Assembly: GCA_029261215.1 (NCBI GenBank) | Contig: JAJDBT010000113.1 | Coordinates: 2,308-66,307, forward strand | Direction: 5' to 3' | Source of the DNA: Nitrospirota bacterium | Lineage (GTDB): Bacteria; Nitrospirota; Nitrospiria; SBBL01; JAADHI01 | Length of the DNA: 64,000 nt | Shown: one piece after another, positions 27,161-34,990 of the stretch | Layout: the number at the start of each line of letters is the position of its first letter | How positions within the stretch are numbered: position 1 is the stretch's first letter | The notes under the pieces: generated by a model | Seen by the model: only the letters and a program-made list of their open reading frames with translations | What the model was told of the DNA's origin: nothing | Databases searched by the model: none | Program-made: the position numbers and the translations under genes

Positions 27161-27703
27161 TTATTGCGTTACAAAATCGGTAAAATAAGCCATCTTCACT
27201 TTGTTGTTTCTAAAAATGGCATTCACACGTTGAAGCACTTCATCCCGTAATTCCATTTTGCCTTCCACTGTCCGAATGGATGCAAATTCCTTACTGCTAA
27301 GAAGCAGCAACAAGGTATCTCGAATCTGCGGGAGCCGCGCATTCAGGTCATCTGAATTTTTGGCGCGTATCAATTCCAGTTTGATTGTAATTTTCAGATA
27401 GCGAATTTTGGAGGTATCCGCCAAATTGACAATAAAAGGCTCAAGATCAAAAATGGCCCCGCCATCATCCTCAGCAGCACCTTCACCATCACCCCCTCCC
27501 CCATCATCAGCCTTTTTTGCGGCGTCCCCCGCTTCTTCCTCTCCCGTAGACGCCGCTGCAACCTCAACCGCTTTTTCAGGAGGACTCTGTCCTTTTAGAA
27601 AAAAGAAGGCTCCGCCGCCAATGGCCGCGCCCACAACAACGCCTATGATTATGATGAGCTTTAATCCAGGCCCTTTTTTTACCGGAACTTCTTCGTCCGC
27701 CAT
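27161..27703 (-). CDS. fliL: Flagellar basal-body-associated protein FliL (start at ATG 27703; the 203-aa GTG-started ORF is over-extended)
   Basis: MADEEVPVKKGPGLKLIIIIGVVVGAAIGG... has the typical FliL topology. GGGAGG Shine-Dalgarno lies 5 nt upstream. C-terminus FASIRTVEGKMELRDEVLQRVN. Confidence 0.82.
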   Translation of the reverse strand: MADEEVPVKKGPGLKLIIIIGVVVGAAIGGGAFFFLKGQSPPEKAVEVAAASTGEEEAGDAAKKADDGGGGDGEGAAEDDGGAIFDLEPFIVNLADTSKIRYLKITIKLELIRAKNSDDLNARLPQIRDTLLLLLSSKEFASIRTVEGKMELRDEVLQRVNAIFRNNKVKMAYFTDFVTQ

Positions 27704-27801
27704 GCATTCCTCCCAAGGGACGCAGCACACCCCTGTTAAAAAATCTATGTCAGAAAAACGGCCGTGCTGCACAGCCCGCCTTCCCGTTCACTGACTGTAC
27801 T

Positions 27802-27817
27802 AGCAATCCTTATGCCG
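27802..27817 (-). promoter_or_regulatory. Sigma-54-type promoter candidate upstream of fliL
   Basis: The minus strand reads CGGCAT-AAGGA-TTGCT with correct GG-N10-GC spacing. It lies about 100 nt upstream of the fliL ATG and downstream of the flgE terminator. Confidence 0.4.
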
Positions 27818-28017
27818 TTTGAATCTGTGCAATTACAGAGGTGTCTTAAGTCATTTGAAGTCTGTTTAAACCTTAATAGTCGTCAAGCGGGAAGATTGAG
27901 ATGTCATGATATTGACAGGGATGAAGGAGTGAAAATGGGGCTAAAACAGTGTTTTCAGGCGACAGCGACAAACAGGATGCAGTGTCTTTTTCTAAGGTCT
28001 ATCTGTGGGATACACAC

Positions 28018-28063
28018 AAAAAAAGAGGAAGGAATGCAGCAAAACAACAGCCGCAGACCTTCC
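28018..28063 (-). terminator. Rho-independent terminator after flgE
   Basis: The minus-strand RNA folds as GGAAGG-TC-TGCGGC-(9-nt loop)-GCTGCA-TT-CCTTCC followed by TC-TTTTTTT. It starts 27 nt after the flgE stop. Confidence 0.65.
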
Positions 28064-28089
28064 CCTTCACAGACGAGGTTGATGGGAGA

Positions 28090-29394
28090 TTATCTTCTAA
28101 TATTGACCAACTCCTGAAGAAGATCATCTGTTGTGGAAATCACCCGTGAATTGGCCTGAAAGCCTCTTTGATACTCAATCAATTTTACAAATTGTTGCGC
28201 CAGATCGGCATTCGAAAGCTCCAGCGAATTAGAAAGAATACGGCCACTGCCAGCGGCATTGGGCGCACCCAGCACGGGCTGACCCGAATCTGCGGTAATG
28301 GTATAAAAATTATCACCGACCTTGCTCAAACCCTGTTTGTTGTTAAAGCGGGCCAGGGTCAGCTCTGCCAAGGTTCGACTTTCACCATTGGTAAAAAGAC
28401 CCGTCACGATGCCATCTTGATTGATGGCGACTGAAGACAGTGTTCCTGAGGCAAAACCGTCTTGTGTCTGAATCAAGTTACCCGAGGCTGCACCAAATTG
28501 CGTGAGGCCGTCCAGTCCCGTACCGCCTGCGCCGGTGCTGGTTCCAAAATCAAAGGCAATGATCTGATTTTGGGTCGCACCGCCCGAAAAATCAAAACCA
28601 CCGAGCGGATAGGTCGTCGCACTGGCGGTCGCCAACTGCCCATTCGAATCAAAAGTAAGTGTCCCGCTCGCCATAATGGTATCTACCCCGGTCGTGGCCG
28701 GCGCGATAGGTTCGGCATCTGCTGCATCCACAACAGAAAAATATTCCCATGAATTTGCAGAGGGCGCGGTCACGTCTTTTCTAAAATAAATGGAGACCAG
28801 ATGCCCATTCCCCAGAGAATCGTTGACCGTAATGCTTGTTGAAAAACTGGACGTCTCTGTCGGCGTATTGACATCAAATGCAGGAGGAATACTTGCCCTG
28901 GAATCCAGGTTGGCCACAACATCAATCTGAGTCGTCGCAAAGGGAGGAAAGGTGGTTTGAGAGAGGTTGATATTGGATATTTGTCCGGTGAGCACTCCCG
29001 ACTGGTTTGCCTGAGTTCCTTGCAACAAGAGGCCCGCCGAATTTTCGACCAGACCATCCTGCCCGATATTAAAAGCGCCGCTCCGGGTATAAAACTCTGC
29101 ACCCGCCGAATCTTTCAGCACAAAAAACCCTTCTCCCTCGACCGCAAGATCCAGATTATTCCCGGTGGTTTCAAATGAACCCTGTTCAAAGTTCGTTCGC
29201 ACATCATTCACAAACACCCCCCGGCCAATCTGCCGCCGTCCCGTGCCACTACTAATGAGATCCGCAAAAGAAATCTCTCCATTTTTAAAACCAACCGTGT
29301 TCATATTGGCAATATTGTCACTGACCACTGAAAGCCCTGAACTAAAGGCATTTAAACCACTGACTCCTGAAAATAACGATGTTAAGATCGCCAT
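28090..29394 (-). CDS. flgE: Flagellar hook protein FlgE
   Basis: N-terminal SGVSGLNAFSSGLSVVSDNIANMNTVGFK and C-terminal LSNSLELSNADLAQQFVKLIEYQRGFQANSRVISTTDDLLQELVNI. Confidence 0.92.
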   Translation of the reverse strand: MAILTSLFSGVSGLNAFSSGLSVVSDNIANMNTVGFKNGEISFADLISSGTGRRQIGRGVFVNDVRTNFEQGSFETTGNNLDLAVEGEGFFVLKDSAGAEFYTRSGAFNIGQDGLVENSAGLLLQGTQANQSGVLTGQISNINLSQTTFPPFATTQIDVVANLDSRASIPPAFDVNTPTETSSFSTSITVNDSLGNGHLVSIYFRKDVTAPSANSWEYFSVVDAADAEPIAPATTGVDTIMASGTLTFDSNGQLATASATTYPLGGFDFSGGATQNQIIAFDFGTSTGAGGTGLDGLTQFGAASGNLIQTQDGFASGTLSSVAINQDGIVTGLFTNGESRTLAELTLARFNNKQGLSKVGDNFYTITADSGQPVLGAPNAAGSGRILSNSLELSNADLAQQFVKLIEYQRGFQANSRVISTTDDLLQELVNIRR

Positions 29395-29451
29395 GATGTT
29401 CCTCCTTAAAGTAAATTATTCCATGAATAACGGGCCGTATACGCTCTTCGA

Positions 29452-30063
29452 TTACTGAACAGATACAACATTGGTTGCAGGGACTTTTTCACCATTCACC
29501 ATAAGATAAGACACGCCTTCTTCATAAAGCACACTGCTTACTCTTCCCTGGCTAAACTGTTTTATTGAAACAGGCACCCCTTCGATATCTCGTGCAGTGA
29601 CATTAAAGGAATACGCACCTGGGGCCAATGCAGTCCCATTTTGATCCCGGCCATCCCAATGGATCGACTGAGGGCCTGTCGCCTGATTGCCCACCTGCAG
29701 GGTTCGAACAATTTTTCCCACGGCATTTGAAACCTGAATACTCACTTCTTGTGCATCCCCTTCAAGCTGATAGGAAAGTTCGGAAGCTTCACTTTCTACC
29801 AGGCTTACCGCGCCACCCAGTGTCTTGACATTTTTACCAATCAAACTCGTGACGCCGTATTGGTTTAAATCCGCATTCCCCTGAACCAATTCCTGCAGCC
29901 GTTCGTTCATACTTGTAGATTGCTCAAGTTGTGTAAATTGCGCCAGCTGCGCCACGAACTCGGTGCCATCCATCGGTTCAAGTGGATCCTGATGTTTCAA
30001 TTGTGTGGTGAGCAATCTTAAAAAAACATCTTTTCCAAAAGGTTCAGTCGCCGTCGTGGCCAT
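29452..30063 (-). CDS. flgD: Flagellar hook assembly/capping protein FlgD
   Basis: FLRLLTTQLKHQDPLEPMDGTEFVAQLAQFTQLEQ plus a FlgD Ig-like C-terminus. Confidence 0.9.
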   Translation of the reverse strand: MATTATEPFGKDVFLRLLTTQLKHQDPLEPMDGTEFVAQLAQFTQLEQSTSMNERLQELVQGNADLNQYGVTSLIGKNVKTLGGAVSLVESEASELSYQLEGDAQEVSIQVSNAVGKIVRTLQVGNQATGPQSIHWDGRDQNGTALAPGAYSFNVTARDIEGVPVSIKQFSQGRVSSVLYEEGVSYLMVNGEKVPATNVVSVQ

Positions 30064-30076
30064 GTTTCATCCCTCC

Positions 30077-31492
30077 TTAAATATAAATACTTAATCGACC
30101 TGCTTCCCACATGCCTCTGCCTGATCCTGAAAATGGACTCTCCCGCGTATCGAGTTCAGATGAAGCAGGAGATATCGGCCCCCTGAAGTGTTGTGCTTTG
30201 TGTTGATTCATAAAGCCTTTTTGTTCACCCAAACCCACGGAAAACTGCTGAACATCAAAACCCTGCGCTTTCAGTCCGGTCTGTAAAAAGCCCTGATTAT
30301 CCTCAAGTAAGGCTTTAACAAATGGATCTGCCGTGAGCATATGGGCAGTCACGCCTTTTTCGTGAAACAAAATCTCGACCTGAAGCATGCCCAACTGCTT
30401 TGGCTGGAGTAAAAAACGAAGCGGCTCATTCTGTCCTGGTTTCCACAAACGAAGCTCATGTGCCACCTGTTTCAAAATAGCCGCTTCATCCGGCGCCTCA
30501 AAACCCGACTCTAAAAGAGATTGGAAATCCGATTTCACAGATCGAATACGGGATGGTCCTTCTTCCCCTGATAAACCTGAAGAAAAAGGAACCGTCGAAC
30601 GCTCAAAGAATGGCCCCTCTTCTCCACCCAGACTCCCCTCCTGATTATCAGAAACCGCTGAGATTGCCAAAGCGCCGCTGTCCTTCAGCATCTCAGAGGC
30701 CGAAGCTGGGGCTTTTTCGCTGGTTGCGCCTTCGTTTACCTTTACAGGAAGTGAATCTTTTAAATCAGGGATGACCTCGTTTGCTTTCATCTTTGTCAGT
30801 TCAATCGGTGCTGTTTTTTCAGACGATGCCGCTTCAGCTTTTTGCTTCAAACCTTCAAACTTTGAGTCATCTAAATGACCAAGGGTTTTCACTGCATTCT
30901 TTTTGTCGTCTGTCTTTCCACTTAAAACAACTTCCTCTGTAAGCGTTACGGACTCTGAAGTGACCAGAGATGCGTCTCCCAAAGACAATAAACGCTGATC
31001 CAAAACCGCCGGGGTCGGCTGCGATGTTGACGGAACAATCGCTTGGTTTTCTGTTGACTGGGCAGAACCCGTTTCGGGTTTTAGCTGTGAGGGCGTCAAG
31101 ATCGTCTTGATCTCTGCTCCGGCTTGCTCGGACAAGAACCTTCCCATACCAGTGTTTAGACCTTCTATCCCTACCCTGGGCTGAGAAATTAAAACAGATG
31201 AAAGTATCGGGACAGCTTGGTTCTGCATACGTGTTTCGTCGTCCTGGGCAAGCGTCTCCTCTACTGAAAGATTCTCAAGGGATTCAATCGTTTCTGGAAA
31301 AACTTCCTGCCTTTCTGTTGTTGTGGCCAATACCTTTGAAAAGGGCTCACGCGAAAGATCAGCACCCAAAGCCTTTTGAGCAAGAGGCTTGTTAGGGTTT
31401 TCTCCATTCATCAAATGGGACACGGGATTGCTGTCCACTGGAAACATTTTTTGGAAACCGTTCATCGTCAGCAGTTCTTCCGGGTGCAACAC
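30077..31492 (-). CDS. fliK: Flagellar hook-length control protein FliK (GTG start at 31492; alternative ATG at 31465)
   Basis: Low-complexity S/T/E/P-rich N-terminal two thirds and a C-terminal Flg_hook domain (LRFLLQPKQLGMLQVEILFHEKGVTAHMLTADPFVKALLEDNQGFLQTGLKAQGF). Located upstream of flgD. Confidence 0.75.
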   Translation of the reverse strand: MLHPEELLTMNGFQKMFPVDSNPVSHLMNGENPNKPLAQKALGADLSREPFSKVLATTTERQEVFPETIESLENLSVEETLAQDDETRMQNQAVPILSSVLISQPRVGIEGLNTGMGRFLSEQAGAEIKTILTPSQLKPETGSAQSTENQAIVPSTSQPTPAVLDQRLLSLGDASLVTSESVTLTEEVVLSGKTDDKKNAVKTLGHLDDSKFEGLKQKAEAASSEKTAPIELTKMKANEVIPDLKDSLPVKVNEGATSEKAPASASEMLKDSGALAISAVSDNQEGSLGGEEGPFFERSTVPFSSGLSGEEGPSRIRSVKSDFQSLLESGFEAPDEAAILKQVAHELRLWKPGQNEPLRFLLQPKQLGMLQVEILFHEKGVTAHMLTADPFVKALLEDNQGFLQTGLKAQGFDVQQFSVGLGEQKGFMNQHKAQHFRGPISPASSELDTRESPFSGSGRGMWEAGRLSIYI

Positions 31493-31512
31493 ATCTTCTC
31501 AACCCTAGTCAT

Positions 31513-31528
31513 AGCAAAAGCGGGGCCA
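31513..31528 (-). promoter_or_regulatory. Sigma-54-type promoter candidate upstream of fliK
   Basis: The minus strand reads TGGCCC-CGCTT-TTGCT with GG-N10-GC spacing, against consensus TGGCAC-N5-TTGCW. It lies 21-48 nt upstream of the candidate fliK starts. Confidence 0.5.
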
Positions 31529-31709
31529 ACCCTCTGTGGGCATTTATGCTGGGCATTCTGATCATATCTTCCATTTCTAGTCATCATTTGGCTCATAAAT
31601 CATCCTATTTTGCCTAGTACTGGGAATAAATTTCCTGACCGACAAAAACTTGACAGTCTTAAGATTTGGCATTAAGCTATTTTTATCCCTAGATACACTT
31701 GTGAGCAAT

Positions 31710-33248
31710 ATGACCCTACAAAAAACACGTCCTGGCGTCCTACATTTCCAAAAAGCACTCGGTTTGAGTGAAAACGGACTCCTCCTTCAAGATAGAGCGG
31801 GCCAACCGATCTATTCCAACCAGGCCTTCTGTCATATCTTTGGCGCATCAGAATCGGAAATCCTCGAAGGGGGACTTGAAAGACTCTTTCCTATCTTAAG
31901 CCTTGAAAAGATTCAGAAAAAAATCCTGCCAGAGACCCTTCGCTTCGGCAACGGAAAGGCCCAGATCGAAGGCATCAATCAGGACGGGGAGCATTTTCCC
32001 CTCTCGATTTCTACAATGGCCGTTCAGGAGGGAGAAGAAGATGCGATTGGCTTTGTTTCTCTCTGTAAAGATCTCTCGGAAGAAATCGCATTTCGGCAGC
32101 ACCGCCAGCATTCGGAAAAACTGGCCGCCGTAGGCGAGATGCTTGCGGGTGTGGCCCATGAACTCAATAATCCACTGACCAGCGTCGTCGGGTTTTCAGA
32201 ACTGCTTTTAAGAAAACGGGTCAGCCCGGACATTAAACGCGGCTTGCGCATGATTTCTTCTGAAGCCATCCGCACATCCAAAATCGTACAAAACCTCCTT
32301 GCCGTGGTCCGGTCTCATAAACCTGAAAAGCGGCGCGTTGGCATTAATGGCGTGATTCAGAATGTACTGGAATTGAAAGGCCGCCAACTTCATATCGACA
32401 ATATCCGGGTCATCAGGCGTCTTGCTGACGACCATGCGCTGCCTAAAGTCGTCGGCGATTACCAACAATTAATTGAAGTCTTTTTAAATCTGATTAACAA
32501 CGCGCATCAAGCCATGTCCGCCGATCAGGGAAAAGGCGCACTCAGTATTCAAACGACATCAAACGATGGGGCCGTCATCATCCGCATACGTGATACAGGC
32601 CCCGGCATTCCGGTCTCCGTACAAAAAAAACTGTTTCAACCTTTTTGCACAACCAAGGCGGATGGTTCGGGGCTGGGACTCAACATCAGCCAAAAAATCA
32701 TTCGCGAGCATGGCGGCAATATCACCTTTGAAAACCTGCCAAAAAGAGGCTGTGTTTTCAGCATCTGTCTACCCCTTGCAGAACCGGATTTCCCTGAATT
32801 TGAACCCGTCTTGAAATCGGCCGACAAAGCGCTCCAAGCCCTCAATATCATGGTTGTTGATGACGAGGCAGTCATACTAGACCTTCAATACCATCTGTTA
32901 AGCCAGCTTGGACACAAAGCCACTCTCTTCAAATCAGCCTCTGAAGCCCTTGCGGCCCTTGATCATCATCATTTTGACCTGATTTTAAGCGACATGAAAA
33001 TGCCTCGAATGAATGGCAAACAATTCTACGCCCATTTAGAGAAACACCATCCACACATGATCAAAAAAATCATATTCGTCACAGGCGATACCTTGAGCAA
33101 AACAAACACTGCGTTTTATAAAATGCAGCATCTCAACCTGCTCTATAAACCCTTTATCCTGAAACAACTCGAAGAAACCATTCAACAGGCTCTCGATAGT
33201 TCGATACATTCGATAAAGCCCCTTGTCCAACAGAAAGCAGATATTTAA
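31710..33248 (+). CDS. Hybrid sensor histidine kinase (PAS-HisKA-HATPase-receiver)
   Basis: PAS-like N-terminus, H-box AHELNNPL, N-box LINNAHQA, G1 DTGPGI, G2 GSGLGL, and a C-terminal receiver (IMVVDDE...LILSDMKMPRMNG...FVTGD). The ORF-track TTG start at 31650 is itself a TTGACA -35-like hexamer, so ATG 31710 is preferred. Confidence 0.82.
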   Translation: MTLQKTRPGVLHFQKALGLSENGLLLQDRAGQPIYSNQAFCHIFGASESEILEGGLERLFPILSLEKIQKKILPETLRFGNGKAQIEGINQDGEHFPLSISTMAVQEGEEDAIGFVSLCKDLSEEIAFRQHRQHSEKLAAVGEMLAGVAHELNNPLTSVVGFSELLLRKRVSPDIKRGLRMISSEAIRTSKIVQNLLAVVRSHKPEKRRVGINGVIQNVLELKGRQLHIDNIRVIRRLADDHALPKVVGDYQQLIEVFLNLINNAHQAMSADQGKGALSIQTTSNDGAVIIRIRDTGPGIPVSVQKKLFQPFCTTKADGSGLGLNISQKIIREHGGNITFENLPKRGCVFSICLPLAEPDFPEFEPVLKSADKALQALNIMVVDDEAVILDLQYHLLSQLGHKATLFKSASEALAALDHHHFDLILSDMKMPRMNGKQFYAHLEKHHPHMIKKIIFVTGDTLSKTNTAFYKMQHLNLLYKPFILKQLEETIQQALDSSIHSIKPLVQQKADI

Positions 33249-33249
33249 T

Positions 33250-34674
33250 ATGAGCGATGAACGTATTCTGATAGTCGAAGATGATGAGAGCGTCCGGGAA
33301 ACCCTCACCATCCTGCTTAAAAAATCCGGTTATGATGTGGAATCAGCGGCAGACGGCCCTCCAGCCATCATGCTCGCAAAGCGCACTTCTTTTGATCTCT
33401 ACATGATTGACCTTCGACTCCCAAGTCTGTTCGGGATTGAAGTCATGGAACAAATAAAAAAAATCCATTCTGAAGCGGTTTGTATCGTATTAACCGCAGA
33501 TGCAACCATCGAAATTTCAGTCCAGGTGATGAAAGCCGGAGCCTTTGACTTTATCGGAAAACCCTTTCAGATTGATGTGGTCCTCACCAAGATCAAGAAA
33601 GCGCTGGAGTTCAGCCAGCTCAAATCCGAAAATCTTTCTCTTAAAAAAATGGTGAGGGATAAGTATCGTTTTGAAAATATGGTGGGCTCATCACCTCAAA
33701 TGAACCGGGTCTATGAACTCATCGAGCGGGTTTCCGACAGCGGCAGTACCATCCTCATTCAAGGCGAAAGCGGCACAGGGAAAGAAATTGTCGCCAACAC
33801 CATCCACTACAACAGCCCAAGACGCGATAAACCCTTGATTCCGATCAACTGCGGAGCCATTCCTGAAGCATTGCTTGAAAGTGAACTCTTCGGTCATGAA
33901 AAAGGCGCCTTCACCGGCGCATCCTCATCGAGAACAGGCCGTTTTGAGCTGGCGCATGGCGGCACACTTTTTTTAGACGAAATTGGGGAAATGCCGCTTT
34001 CTCTGCAAGTCAAACTACTCCGGGTTCTACAGGAGCAGACATTTGAACGTGTGGGCGGCGTTCGGTCCATTCAGGTCGATGTCCGAATTATTGCGGCCAC
34101 CAATCAGGATCTTGAAGTCGCGATTGAGGAAAAACGTTTCCGGGAAGATCTCTACTATCGCCTGAATGTCATTCCCATCACCATCCCACCCCTTCGAAAA
34201 CGTAAGGAGGATATTCCGCTTCTGGTTGAGCATTTCATCAACAAGTTTAATGTAAAGAAAGACAAAGAGGTTAAAGGGATCACAGGGGAAGCCCTGAACC
34301 TGCTCAATCACTATTACTGGCCTGGCAATATCAGGGAACTTGAAAACCTGGTTGAACGGATGATGGTCTTGATGGACAACAATAGCTTTATTGCGGCAGA
34401 AGATGTTCCGGAAAAACTGATTCAGTCCCGCCGAAAATCTTCTCCGTTTCAATTTGAGCTTCCGGAAGACGGGATTGTTTTTTCTGATGTGGTTTCAGCC
34501 TTTGAGAATCAGATCCTCGATTTATCTCTAACGCGTGCGAACGGGGTGAAAAACAGGGCGGCCCAACTGCTTCATATGAATCGCACCACTCTGGTAGAAA
34601 AACTCAAAAAACGAAGACTCGCCGCAGCCCATAGCTCACAAGCTGACCGATCACAATACTACCGGGAAGAATAA
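33250..34674 (+). CDS. Sigma-54-dependent response regulator (NtrC family: REC-AAA+-HTH)
   Basis: Receiver [12 protein letters not shown], Walker A GESGTGKE, sigma-54 contact loop [15 protein letters not shown], Walker [10 protein letters not shown], and a C-terminal Fis-type HTH ([20 protein letters not shown]). ATG lies 1 nt after the kinase stop. Confidence 0.88.
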   Translation: MSDERILIVEDDESVRETLTILLKKSGYDVESAADGPPAIMLAKRTSFDLYMIDLRLPSLFGIEVMEQIKKIHSEAVCIVLTADATIEISVQVMKAGAFDFIGKPFQIDVVLTKIKKALEFSQLKSENLSLKKMVRDKYRFENMVGSSPQMNRVYELIERVSDSGSTILIQGESGTGKEIVANTIHYNSPRRDKPLIPINCGAIPEALLESELFGHEKGAFTGASSSRTGRFELAHGGTLFLDEIGEMPLSLQVKLLRVLQEQTFERVGGVRSIQVDVRIIAATNQDLEVAIEEKRFREDLYYRLNVIPITIPPLRKRKEDIPLLVEHFINKFNVKKDKEVKGITGEALNLLNHYYWPGNIRELENLVERMMVLMDNNSFIAAEDVPEKLIQSRRKSSPFQFELPEDGIVFSDVVSAFENQILDLSLTRANGVKNRAAQLLHMNRTTLVEKLKKRRLAAAHSSQADRSQYYREE

Positions 34675-34916
34675 GGTTGCCAAAAATGCCTTTTATCTTT
34701 TTCCCTGGGCAGGTCATATCATTTTCCTCAAGGCACTGCCCTTGACTTCACTCGTCAAAGCTTTGACAAGAAACCCGAAATACTCCAAATCTCTTGGCTG
34801 CATTTAAATCGCCTCAAACGACAAAAAACCGCCCTAGCCCCCTCTATTCTTTCAATTTCATCAAATAGTGATGCGAACCGCCCTGATTTAGATCTAAAAA
34901 TTCATGCGATGATGTA

Positions 34917-34932
34917 TGGCATTCATTTTGCT
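34917..34932 (+). promoter_or_regulatory. Sigma-54-type promoter candidate upstream of the TPR-HK-RR-flgB operon
   Basis: TGGCAT-TCATT-TTGCT with exact GG-N10-GC spacing, ending 59 nt upstream of the ATG at 34991. Confidence 0.55.
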
Positions 34933-34990
34933 ATTACTTCTACTGATATGTAGTTGCACCGAATGATACTCGTCCCGGGAAGATTTTTTA

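Noticed and set aside
27764-28149. Plus-strand ORFs 27764-28117 and 27949-28149 in the flgE-fliL gap
   Set aside because: They have no Shine-Dalgarno and no recognisable motifs. The region is better explained by the minus-strand flgE terminator, a sigma-54-type promoter and the fliL leader.
31650-31709. TTG start codon at 31650 used by the ORF track for the hybrid kinase
   Set aside because: The TTG is part of a TTGACA hexamer that fits a -35 element better (TTGACA-N17-TAAGCT). The first 20 codons are hydrophobic noise, so ATG 31710 is preferred.
34781-34798. TGGCTGCATTTAAATCGC, a possible second sigma-54 motif upstream of the TPR gene
   Set aside because: The GG-N10-GC spacing is not satisfied (AT at the -12 position).
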